From positions 248,001 to 312,000 of IMG/VR virus record IMGVR_UViG_3300047445_000186: DNA of 64,000 nt; one strand, given 5' to 3'. Below the pieces are notes generated by a model, which was not told the DNA's origin, searched no databases, and saw nothing but the letters and a program-made list of their open reading frames with translations. The translations under genes were made by a program, and so were the position numbers. This document shows positions 9,175 to 18,110 of this stretch, one piece after another. The number at the start of each line of letters is the position of its first letter. The first letter of the stretch is position 1.

Positions 9175-9799
9175 CTGCTGGTTTTTTAGCTGGAGCTTCG
9201 ATCACAGGTGGCTGATCGAAGTAGTCCACAACCTGGTCAATCAGGCCGAACTTCTTGCATTCTGCCGGAGTGAGATAGCGATCAGATGGCGCGAACAAGA
9301 TATCGCGGATCTGCTTCTCAGTCATGGTAGTGTGATTCAGGAAGTGCCTAATGAAGCGGCGCTCGAGCATCAGATTCGATTCATGCGCTGCGACCAACTC
9401 ATGCATCTTGCCGTACGTCTGGCCGGCGAATTGATGCGCCATCACTTCGGTGTTCTTCGTCATCGTGCGAAGACCCTTGTATCCGGCTGACACGAGAAGA
9501 ACGCCCATCGACATCACAGCACCGATACCGACCGTTGCGATCGGGAGGCGTGATGTCTCCATCAAGTCAATCACTGCGAAACCTTCGGTGCAATCGCCAC
9601 CAACGGAGTTCACGAACATCGTGAGCGGCATGATTTCACCCTGTGAAGTCAGATTCGACTTCAAGATGAAATCACATGCAGCGTGCGATGTATCAACATC
9701 GACTTCGCCGAAGAACATGTGGCAACCCATCGACTCAAGGCTGCTCATGTCGTATCCGAGACCGCCTCCATCAAGAAGGGCTTCAGAGATTTTACGCAT
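9140..9799 (-). CDS. ClpP-like serine protease
   Basis: VNSVGGD, MSMG (Ser), MAHQ (His), DRYLTPAECKKFGLID; SD AGGAG and TAAATA at 9825. Confidence 0.88.
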   Translation of the reverse strand: MRKISEALLDGGGLGYDMSSLESMGCHMFFGEVDVDTSHAACDFILKSNLTSQGEIMPLTMFVNSVGGDCTEGFAVIDLMETSRLPIATVGIGAVMSMGVLLVSAGYKGLRTMTKNTEVMAHQFAGQTYGKMHELVAAHESNLMLERRFIRHFLNHTTMTEKQIRDILFAPSDRYLTPAECKKFGLIDQVVDYFDQPPVIEAPAKKPAAKKRKSPSSAK

Positions 9800-9945
9800 G
9801 ATGAACTCCTGTATCTCGAACAAGTATTTAGAGACCGGCCGGTCCCCTTCGCTGAACTCCGAAATCTGATAAATACCGGTACGCCATCTTTAGATAGCTA
9901 GCAGATGTCGTATTTCTTTCAGCTAGCGGAAACCAGGAGACTTCA

Positions 9946-12042
9946 ATGTCGTACAGCTTGCAGTGGCGCTCGCCAGCGCTGCCTTATGTCCAGAAACAAA
10001 CAGCGATCACGGTTCCAGCCGGCGCTACAGTTTCGAACGCCGCTTCGTTGACCTTCACCGGTAAGGGTGCAGCGAACTATGGCAAAATCCAACAAGAGAA
10101 TCAGCTTCGTCTGCTTGAGAACTTCGCAGGCGATACCGCTCCAGCGTATGCAACGGTCGGCCAAACATGGTACGACACTTCTGCAGGCGCTCTGAAGGTC
10201 TGTATCTCGACTCCTCCATCAGCCCTGCTCTGGCGCGCTCTGAACGCAACCCAGATTACAGACATCGGTGAAGGTCCTCCAAGCCCAGCATCGCTTGGTG
10301 ACAGCTGGTTCTCGCGCACTGGTTCACAGTCCGGTATTCTGTACGTGTACACTGGCCTGGGTCGCTTCCCAGAACAGAACTGGGATGCTGAAGGCGCTGC
10401 GTACTATCCAGCAGAATCGACTGCTCTTGCGCTGATCCCAAATCAAGCTTCGTTCGCAGGTGCTCCTAACTTCGGTGAAGCATACCTGCACGGCTACATC
10501 AGCGGCACGGCTGCAGATGTGAACGGTTCTATCCTGTTCGACGGTGCTCCAACAACCGCTCCTAAGGGCGCACTGTACACCTCAATGCCGGTCTCGAACG
10601 GCTACATCCTGTGGGACTCGAGCGCTTCGCTTGTCTCGGCTGCTCCAGGCACCGTGTACTTCAGCGTTCGCCAATTGATCGACGGCCGTTGGCAGTTCGA
10701 CGATAACGTGACTTGGAGAGACTTCGAACCAACATCGCAGATGTACGCAATCGGTACGCTCGATGTTGCTGAGCAAGATGATGGTGACGGCCCAGGTATC
10801 TCGGCTAGCACGCTCTGGGAATCGGCTATCGTTCTGAGCAAGCTCGCTCAAGTTCCACTCGAAGCGGCTGATGGCGCGATCGGTGGTTGGAAGCAAGTGT
10901 GGCCTACAGTTGAAGTTGCTGGTGGTCGTGAAGAGTACGACTACGTTGCGGGCCTCGTCGCTCAACTGATTGGTGATCCAATCGGCTTCGGCGGTTCTGG
11001 CGCTCTCGGCAAGTCGGTTGATTACCTCCCAACGATGCAAACGTTGGATGCATCGCTACGTCTTGCATGGCTTGGCGGTGGTCCAGTTGACGCAACTGTG
11101 CTGAACAACGCTGCAAATCTCGGTCTCCTGAAGATTGAGCCGACATCGAACGACTGGGACAAGCTCCTCGCTGCTGCAAAGTACGCGATCGATCGCCTTG
11201 AACTTCCAGTTGATGCATGGACTGACGTGTCTGAACTTCCTTTCGTCCAAGATGGTCGCGAAGCTCCAGCAGTTCTGCTTGCAAAGGATGCTGACGATGT
11301 GCAGTACCCATCAGCTCGCCGGACCTCTAGCACGAAGGCGGGTTCGATCACAATGGGACGTCTGTATCAAGAGACAGTGAACGTGCTGAACGCCGCGATC
11401 GGTAATCGGTATGCGCTGAAGGGTATCCTCGGTCTGTCTGGTTCGAACACCGTGTTCAACTCGATCGTTCACGTTGTCGAGCACAAGACTGTCTTGAACA
11501 GCGATCCAGTAGACACGTTCGCAACTTCGCAAACATCTGGTATGGACTTCAACTTCGATTTCACTGAGCCAGAACTCGAGCGCTTCTTCTCGAGTGGCCA
11601 AGCGATCGAGCTGATTGTTCGGCACGCACCAGGTTCCGAGCCTTCGGCTGCTGACATGAACTTGAAGACGGTTTGCGACGGTTATGGCCGCTTCCGCATT
11701 ACTGCTGATGGTGTGTACGTGATGGACAGCTCGGTTCTGCCAACGCTCGCGCAATCCCCAGGCGCTGTTGGTGTAAACAATCTGACAAGTGTCGGTTCGA
11801 CGCTCGCATCCGCTGTATCTGGCGGTGCTTCGCTGGTTCTGCGCGGTGTTCGTCAAGGTGGAAACGTTCTGCGTATCCTGATTGACATCAATGCCGGTGG
11901 CGAGATTTCCGGTGAACTGACAGCAGTGTGGAACCTGATCGTCGACACTGAGACGTACACGGGTGGTCGCGTTTATCCGCTTCCGCTCGACTACAATGCA
12001 GCCGACCTGATTGGTACATCGCTCGCAGGAGAGTTGTTCTAA
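9946..12042 (+). CDS. Virion structural protein (tail/baseplate-associated, probable)
   Basis: N-terminal GKGAANYG..ENQLRLLENFA..P..GQTWYD pattern of large-phage structural proteins; TAAATA at 9870. Confidence 0.65.
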   Translation: MSYSLQWRSPALPYVQKQTAITVPAGATVSNAASLTFTGKGAANYGKIQQENQLRLLENFAGDTAPAYATVGQTWYDTSAGALKVCISTPPSALLWRALNATQITDIGEGPPSPASLGDSWFSRTGSQSGILYVYTGLGRFPEQNWDAEGAAYYPAESTALALIPNQASFAGAPNFGEAYLHGYISGTAADVNGSILFDGAPTTAPKGALYTSMPVSNGYILWDSSASLVSAAPGTVYFSVRQLIDGRWQFDDNVTWRDFEPTSQMYAIGTLDVAEQDDGDGPGISASTLWESAIVLSKLAQVPLEAADGAIGGWKQVWPTVEVAGGREEYDYVAGLVAQLIGDPIGFGGSGALGKSVDYLPTMQTLDASLRLAWLGGGPVDATVLNNAANLGLLKIEPTSNDWDKLLAAAKYAIDRLELPVDAWTDVSELPFVQDGREAPAVLLAKDADDVQYPSARRTSSTKAGSITMGRLYQETVNVLNAAIGNRYALKGILGLSGSNTVFNSIVHVVEHKTVLNSDPVDTFATSQTSGMDFNFDFTEPELERFFSSGQAIELIVRHAPGSEPSAADMNLKTVCDGYGRFRITADGVYVMDSSVLPTLAQSPGAVGVNNLTSVGSTLASAVSGGASLVLRGVRQGGNVLRILIDINAGGEISGELTAVWNLIVDTETYTGGRVYPLPLDYNAADLIGTSLAGELF

Positions 12043-12125
12043 TCGTGAACCCAAATTCCGGGTTGTACACGCGGTGAGCATTTCGCTAGAATTACTCATC
12101 TGCTAACGTTCAACCTTGGAATTTC

Positions 12126-12437
12126 ATGAAGCGTACCCCCATCATCTCCGCCGGCCAAGTCTATCTGCACACCGACATGAACGAGTATCTCGTGGTCACC
12201 AAGTCGACCCGAGGCGAAATTCAGTTCAAGGGACCTGGTATCGGCGGTCAGCACGAAGCTGATCTGTTCCTGAATCGCTTCGGTCCCGTGGACCCGGCCG
12301 ATCTGGACGCAGACGAGCAAGCACTGCTGATCGCACTGCTGGACAAGCCAGGCGTCGCTCTGTCGACTGGCTGGGTCTGCACGGAAGATGATGAGGACTT
12401 CGCCGACGCCGAGCTCGAAATGGAGCTCGAAGCTTAA
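12126..12437 (+). CDS. Hypothetical protein, acidic C-terminus
   Basis: Clean ORF after intergenic gap. Confidence 0.7.
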   Translation: MKRTPIISAGQVYLHTDMNEYLVVTKSTRGEIQFKGPGIGGQHEADLFLNRFGPVDPADLDADEQALLIALLDKPGVALSTGWVCTEDDEDFADAELEMELEA

Positions 12438-12455
12438 TTGACTTGGTGAGGACTT

Positions 12456-12944
12456 ATGGCTGGAAAATTTATTAGCTCTCGTGTAGACGAGAAAACTGAC
12501 GAACTTGAAAGGCTGCAAAGCCTTCTGTTCGTCTGTCTCGACACTCTTGGTGACGACACAGATATTCCAGCGGAGCGTCCAGAACTTCTGGATGCCCTCG
12601 ATGACTCGGTACTCGAACTTGCGGACGAGTACAACGAGACGCTCGCGGTGAACGGAGCGATGGCTGGTGATTTGATTTCGTTGAGCGTCTCGAACGTCAA
12701 TCTTGGCGTTGAACTTTCGAGGGCTGCGAACGTGATCGCTGGTCTTACGAGCGATCCAAGCGTGCCAAGCTCAGTGAACACCAAGATTCTTGATCGCTCG
12801 CTCGAGCTTTTCCTGAAGGAAAGCTTGGCTGATCTCTCAGGGAATGCGATCCAAGTGTACAGCGCTGAACAATTGAAAGAAGGCCTGATCGCTGCTATCG
12901 GGTATTACAACAACGAACTGGCCGATCACCTCATTGGGCCTTGA
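12456..12944 (+). CDS. Hypothetical protein
   Basis: GAGGA SD. Confidence 0.7.
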   Translation: MAGKFISSRVDEKTDELERLQSLLFVCLDTLGDDTDIPAERPELLDALDDSVLELADEYNETLAVNGAMAGDLISLSVSNVNLGVELSRAANVIAGLTSDPSVPSSVNTKILDRSLELFLKESLADLSGNAIQVYSAEQLKEGLIAAIGYYNNELADHLIGP

Positions 12945-13401
12945 TCTTCTTTCCTCTAGGCCGCGTTAAGACGGCTTCACTTCCATGAAGGCGCTCCAGT
13001 TCTGCTGAGAGCGCCTTTTCTGCATTCTTCGCGGCCTCAAGTGTGAATCCACCTTCGTGGACTTCGAACTTGATATTGATCGCGTTCACGTCGGTCATGT
13101 ACTTCCGACTGTACAGTTGGCTCTTGCCAATCCTGGTCGTGGTCTTGCAGTTCTTCAGTTCGGATTTATGCAGAGACGCCCGCGTTCGTGGTTGCCCACT
13201 CTGGCCTGCGTAATACATCGTGTGTCGCACGACCTCGTCCCCCATGAAATCCATGGCTGCTACGTAGGTTGATGTGCTGCCGTCAACGTGCTTTGAAACG
13301 TCGATCGTCATTGTGATCTTGATGTTCTTTTCGATATGAGCGCGCCATTGATCGGCGACTCCATCAAGATCTGGTGGGAGTTCTAAAATTGCTTCGGTCA
13401 T
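12931..13401 (-). CDS. GIY-YIG family endonuclease (free-standing, homing-type candidate)
   Basis: TYVAAM..MYYAGQSGQPRTRASLHKSEL and helix AKNAEKAL; own CGTTACAAT promoter. Confidence 0.65.
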   Translation of the reverse strand: MTEAILELPPDLDGVADQWRAHIEKNIKITMTIDVSKHVDGSTSTYVAAMDFMGDEVVRHTMYYAGQSGQPRTRASLHKSELKNCKTTTRIGKSQLYSRKYMTDVNAINIKFEVHEGGFTLEAAKNAEKALSAELERLHGSEAVLTRPRGKKIKAQ

Positions 13402-13584
13402 TTGCCGTCTTATGAGTTGGACGGCATGACTACATTGTAACGAGACCTTTTCAAAAACCGTTACTGAATTCGAGTTCAGGTCGGGGAACTCCGAATTAAA
13501 ATCGAGTCATGGGATCAAGATAATGAGACGTAATACAAACGTATTACTTTGGATATAAATTTTCACCTTCCTTGAGGGATCGAA

Positions 13585-13971
13585 ATGGATGTTCTAATTC
13601 GCCGTCGAGAGATAGACACAACCACCCACGTAGTTGAAGTTCATCTGAACGATGAATGGCTTGAATTCGCGAGGGCTACTGCTGAAGAGCCCGATCACCG
13701 CGAAGCTCATCTCTCGCATGCAGAGCGTGAAGCGTTATCTCGAATGGAGGAACTCGTTCAAGGTCCTCCCGTTCCATTCTTTGTAGGCCCAGTCCTCTGC
13801 TGTGCTTATCATCTGTCTCCCACGATGTTGAAGCATGATCTCGACATGCACGGGGCGGATGGGTTCGCCACGCGACACAATCTACTGATCCACGAGTCAG
13901 GCAGAGAGTTCGAAGAACAATTCAAAGCTTGGTACGACGAGCTCTCTGCGGGGACGTATGGCGGCGCGTAA
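13585..13971 (+). CDS. Hypothetical protein
   Basis: GAGGG SD, AT-rich upstream region. Confidence 0.6.
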   Translation: MDVLIRRREIDTTTHVVEVHLNDEWLEFARATAEEPDHREAHLSHAEREALSRMEELVQGPPVPFFVGPVLCCAYHLSPTMLKHDLDMHGADGFATRHNLLIHESGREFEEQFKAWYDELSAGTYGGA

Positions 13972-14179
13972 AGAGCCGCGACCCCCACCCACACCTGAGG
14001 AACTCGTGATCATGAAGATCGAGATTCAAGCGCGTACTGACGCCCTCATGATAGTGGCTACCAGATTGTCTGGTGTGCACACGCTACCAGGCAACGGCCT
14101 GGCCGGCCAATTGATCACCTCGGCCGAGCCACTTGTCAAATTCATCCTCACAGGAGATAAACCTATCGAACGGCACTGA
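13958..14179 (+). CDS. Small hypothetical protein
   Basis: Overlaps previous gene. Confidence 0.55.
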   Translation: MAARKEPRPPPTPEELVIMKIEIQARTDALMIVATRLSGVHTLPGNGLAGQLITSAEPLVKFILTGDKPIERH

Positions 14180-14218
14180 CAGAACTCAACTTTCGAAAAT
14201 CAACATGTTGAAAGGGTA

Positions 14219-14449
14219 TTGATGACAGCGACCCCCGTAGAGCAATTTACTGTGAATTGCACACAAGCACTCGCGATTCGATTCGTAGACACGTTCCACA
14301 CGGGTGACGAGATCGAGAAAGAAGTCGCGAAGACTGAGTTTACGAGACTCACGAAAGCCATGTACGCCGATGGCACCGCTTGCGCAGTTCAATGCAAGGT
14401 GCTCTTGCGTACGATGCAGGACGCGCTGCACGGGAACTGGCCAAGTTGA
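14219..14449 (+). CDS. Small hypothetical protein
   Basis: ORF ending before terminator. Confidence 0.55.
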   Translation: MMTATPVEQFTVNCTQALAIRFVDTFHTGDEIEKEVAKTEFTRLTKAMYADGTACAVQCKVLLRTMQDALHGNWPS

Positions 14450-14469
14450 CTGCTCGTTGTAAGGTGAAC

Positions 14470-14495
14470 GCGGCCGGCGAAAGTCGGCCGCTTCT
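14470..14495 (+). terminator. Hairpin GCGGCCGGC-GAAA-GTCGGCCGC
   Basis: GC stem with GNRA loop after gene. Confidence 0.6.
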
Positions 14496-14615
14496 ATATG
14501 CGAGACACGAAACCGGTGCTCGTTACAATTCTCTGGCAGACCGTTACCGTTTTCTGGTTTTTCTGGCCGCGACCGGGTTATAGTTCACCTATCGCAACGA
14601 GAAACGGAAAAACAA

Positions 14616-15623
14616 ATGTCGAATGTCTGCATCGGTCAATACAACGCTGGCGCTGAACGTTGGGAAGCAATCTACCGCGGTCGCACGATCGCGACGAGCA
14701 AGGACCTGAACGGCGGCCCCGAGTACCTGAAGAAGGTCATCGAAGGCGGCTTCAGCCAGAAGGCCCAAGCGCTCGGCGTCACGAAGATCGAGATCATCGC
14801 AATCGGCGGAAGCGCAGCGAATGAAGATGGTGTCGCCGGCGAGTACATCCCGGCCGCCGACATGCCGAGCGTCGAGAAGGAATTCTCGATCAACGAGCGT
14901 TTCGAGATCATGGAGTCGTACGTCGAGATGGTCGCAGCGCGAGAAATTGCGTCGACGGTCGTGACAGGCGAAGGCGGTCTCGGGAAGTCGTTCACGGTTC
15001 TGCGGACCCTGAAGGCCGCCGGCCTCCAAGACATCTCCCTGATGGAGATCGGTGCTCGACACGCCGGCAAGCAAGGTTTCGTCACGATCAAGGGTTTCAG
15101 CACTCCCAAAGGTCTGTTCCGTACGCTGTACGAGAATCGGAACCAGATCGTGATGTTCGACGACTGCGACCAAGTTCTGCGTGATCCGAACTCGGTGAAC
15201 ATCCTGAAGGCGGCGCTCGACTCGTACGACACTCGCCTCGTCACGTGGAACTCGGAAGGCGGCTTCGGCGGCGAAGATGATCTGCCGAAGACGTTCGAAT
15301 TCACGGGCGGCGTGATCTTCGTCTCGAACATGCCGAAGTCCAAGGTCCCGCAAGCGATTCGCTCGCGAGCCATGAGCGCTGACGTCTCGATGACGCGAGA
15401 TGAAGTCGTCGAACGGATGCGAGTGATCGTGAGCTCTGACGAGTTCATGCCTGACTACGAAATGACGGCGAAGCTCGAGTCGCTCGAGTTCGTCGCTCAA
15501 CATGCTCACAACCCACTGATCACCGAGCTGAACCTCCGGTCGCTCGTGAACGTCGTGAAGACCCGGACGGCCAAGCCCGAAAAGTGGACTCGCATCGGTC
15601 TGTACGCAATGGCGAACTCCTGA
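14616..15623 (+). CDS. AAA+-type P-loop ATPase
   Basis: Walker A GEGGLGKS, Walker B VMFDDCD, NILKAALDS, IFVSN. Confidence 0.85.
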   Translation: MSNVCIGQYNAGAERWEAIYRGRTIATSKDLNGGPEYLKKVIEGGFSQKAQALGVTKIEIIAIGGSAANEDGVAGEYIPAADMPSVEKEFSINERFEIMESYVEMVAAREIASTVVTGEGGLGKSFTVLRTLKAAGLQDISLMEIGARHAGKQGFVTIKGFSTPKGLFRTLYENRNQIVMFDDCDQVLRDPNSVNILKAALDSYDTRLVTWNSEGGFGGEDDLPKTFEFTGGVIFVSNMPKSKVPQAIRSRAMSADVSMTRDEVVERMRVIVSSDEFMPDYEMTAKLESLEFVAQHAHNPLITELNLRSLVNVVKTRTAKPEKWTRIGLYAMANS

Positions 15624-15639
15624 TCAAGGAGTTTCGAAA

Positions 15640-16068
15640 ATGAAACACACACTTCCTCCCGGCACCTACTTCATCGGCGACCCTGGGAACGTGCTTGAAC
15701 AGAGTTGGGACTCGATCCTCGTGTCGACGAACTTCTTCAGCGAGCCCGACCCAATCCAAATCCAGGGCCGCTCGATCTGGGGACACCGAACCCTGAACGG
15801 CAACGGCCGTTTCACCGATCAGAACGGGATCGAGTACAAGGTCGCGGACCAAGTGCTCGGCGCAGTGAACATCGAGCTGATCGAGAATCCCGAAGGCGAG
15901 ACACTTGGGACGGTCCTGATCGCCCCGAACGGTCTGGACGTCGAGTTCTTGAACGGAGTGTTCACGTTCAACTCGATCGTGATCGACTCGAACGACCCGG
16001 CCGAGACGGACTTCGGCGACATCGACGGCGGGTACGATCTCGACTTGAACGGCGACACATTCCTATGA
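15640..16068 (+). CDS. Hypothetical protein
   Basis: AAGGAG SD; GTYFIGDP motif. Confidence 0.7.
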   Translation: MKHTLPPGTYFIGDPGNVLEQSWDSILVSTNFFSEPDPIQIQGRSIWGHRTLNGNGRFTDQNGIEYKVADQVLGAVNIELIENPEGETLGTVLIAPNGLDVEFLNGVFTFNSIVIDSNDPAETDFGDIDGGYDLDLNGDTFL

Positions 16069-16403
16069 GCACCAAATCTCTACTCCAGCGCGCGCTGGAA
16101 GGACTGATCGCGACGGGTGCACTTGACGGCCAGGTGCAGAGCTACAGCGGCCGAGCGATGTACGGTCAGGAATGCGTCGGATTCTCGACTGACGACGCAG
16201 ATCAGGTTTCGCTTGGTGTTCTCCTCGCTCGCTGGGTCGCGACTCCCGGGAACTTCAAGATGTACGACCCGGACGAGTACATCGACGACAAGCTCGCGCT
16301 TCTGCTTGTTGAAACCAAAGGCACGCGTCGAGACTCCCTCGGTCTGGGCGTGATCCTGTACTGGCCGAACATCGAATTCTCAAACGACTCCGACAAAGGA
16401 TAA
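16065..16403 (+). CDS. Hypothetical protein
   Basis: ATGA overlap; YSGRAMYGQECVG motif. Confidence 0.7.
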   Translation: MSTKSLLQRALEGLIATGALDGQVQSYSGRAMYGQECVGFSTDDADQVSLGVLLARWVATPGNFKMYDPDEYIDDKLALLLVETKGTRRDSLGLGVILYWPNIEFSNDSDKG

Positions 16404-16406
16404 GTC

Positions 16407-16745
16407 ATGCGCTCACGCTGCCATCTGCACTTCAATCAGCTCGAAGCTTTCCGCGAATTCCTCGTCTCTCGAGGCTGGGTCGAGGAACAGGCGAAGGGCC
16501 AGTACGAGAAGCTGCGGATGCGGCACAAGCGCGAGAAGGATCCTCTGATCCTGCACGTTCGTGAAGGCGCGAAGGAGCACTTCACGACTTGGGGTCTGAG
16601 CGAGAAGATGGCGAGCGCCTTCCTCCATCGTCGACAGGAACCGACCTCGGCCGAGATAGCGTCGGTCCTGCATGACGAGCAGTTCCACCTAGCTGCCGCT
16701 GGCGACCACGAGGTGTCGCCGGTTGCACCGAATTTAGAGCGGTAG
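16407..16745 (+). CDS. Hypothetical protein
   Basis: Tiled in operon. Confidence 0.65.
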   Translation: MRSRCHLHFNQLEAFREFLVSRGWVEEQAKGQYEKLRMRHKREKDPLILHVREGAKEHFTTWGLSEKMASAFLHRRQEPTSAEIASVLHDEQFHLAAAGDHEVSPVAPNLER

Positions 16746-16774
16746 CTGGTACTACACCGCTCAAGGAAACGATC

Positions 16775-17218
16775 ATGCGACGTCTGCAGCGACAAGCAGT
16801 AAATAGACCAAACACACGGTCTACTATGTCGCCTACTCAAACCCGAGCGGTTCTAATTCGTCAAGCTGCGTGCGCCGTCCAGGCGCTAGACGCGGATCTG
16901 AACCATCTTCTCGACGCGTACGATTTCTACGTGCAGCGTTTCCCAGATGACAAGGAACTCGCCGATCTGAACGTTTCGATCGACGCTCTCGGCTCGCTTC
17001 CCCTGATCGTTGCGCATCAGCTCACGCACTGGGCGCAGAACGAAAAGTCAGAACTCTCGAGAGATGCTTTCGAGATTGGCGTACTGAACGAATTCTCGCT
17101 CCACATGTTCGCGCTCACGAACTTCATGGAGCGGAAGAACGTTGATGTTCAAGATGTCGTGCCTGAGAAAGTGGCCGACGCTTTCAACGCGCTGAAACTC
17201 ACGAACACAATCCTATGA
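16775..17218 (+). CDS. Hypothetical protein (alternative start 16826 behind late promoter)
   Basis: AAGGA SD at first ATG; TAAATA 16800 plus hairpin before second ATG. Confidence 0.65.
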   Translation: MRRLQRQAVNRPNTRSTMSPTQTRAVLIRQAACAVQALDADLNHLLDAYDFYVQRFPDDKELADLNVSIDALGSLPLIVAHQLTHWAQNEKSELSRDAFEIGVLNEFSLHMFALTNFMERKNVDVQDVVPEKVADAFNALKLTNTIL

Positions 17219-17580
17219 AAGTCACCGAACTGCTTGAGAGCGGCGGTGACCTGCGCGCGAAACTGATCGACAAGATGCGACTCCAGTTCGAGAGGAACGG
17301 GAAGTACATCAATTGTCGCCTTGCTGTGCAGCTCACGGTCGATGTTCCAAAGCTCGAAGAACTGCCGAAAGTGAAGCCGAAAGAGATGATTCTCGGCGAC
17401 ATTCTCGCTTGGGGAATCGCGCACTTCGCGATCTACCTCGGGAACGGCGAAGTTCTCGAAGTCCCAGGCTGGGGCGATCAAGTACAAATCACGCCTTTGA
17501 AGGCCGTTGAAGCGGATTACGACAAGGTCCGCACTGTTTACCGAGTTCCTGCAGATCAACTGCAGAAAGCCCTACAATGA
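17215..17580 (+). CDS. NlpC/P60-like cysteine hydrolase with MKVTELLE leader
   Basis: INCRLAVQ (Cys) then GDILAWG.AHFAIYLGNG (His). Confidence 0.7.
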   Translation: MKVTELLESGGDLRAKLIDKMRLQFERNGKYINCRLAVQLTVDVPKLEELPKVKPKEMILGDILAWGIAHFAIYLGNGEVLEVPGWGDQVQITPLKAVEADYDKVRTVYRVPADQLQKALQ

Positions 17581-18110
17581 AACTACAAGAACTAGCTAGC
17601 GCAGAGCGCTTTAATTCCACCACGCTGCTTGAAAGCGGCAACGCAGCCCTGCGCGCGAAACTCACTGATGATGAGTGCTTAGTTCTTGCGTTATTGATTC
17701 ATGATAAGGGGCACATCATGGCCCGCGGTAATCATGACAGCGATTTAGATAGCGCGATCAGCAAGCTAAAGATGAAGTCTACTATCCCACTTTATCGTGG
17801 CGTGTCTGATAAGGAGTTAGCAGAGATTATCGCTGGTGAAGCTGATCACTATCTCTCCTTCTCAGAAGATCGAAATGTTGCAAAGGGTTTTGGCGCGAAT
17901 GTGATTACGCTAAAGCCTGGGGCTGTGGGTCTCTGTTACTGGAAATGGGGAATCGCAGATAATAAAGCGCTCGCGAAAAAGTATGGCAAGCAATGGGCTG
18001 AGGACCAGGATATTCAGTACATGATCGATTCATTTGAGGAAGAGAAAGAGTGGGTGTTCCCGTTTGAGACACGGTTCACCCAAGTCGGACCTCTAGAGTT
18101 CAAGCAATGA
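17577..18110 (+). CDS. ADP-ribosyltransferase-like protein (R-S-E type) with MKLQEL leader
   Basis: LYRG, YLSFSED, EEEKEW. Confidence 0.75.
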   Translation: MKLQELASAERFNSTTLLESGNAALRAKLTDDECLVLALLIHDKGHIMARGNHDSDLDSAISKLKMKSTIPLYRGVSDKELAEIIAGEADHYLSFSEDRNVAKGFGANVITLKPGAVGLCYWKWGIADNKALAKKYGKQWAEDQDIQYMIDSFEEEKEWVFPFETRFTQVGPLEFKQ

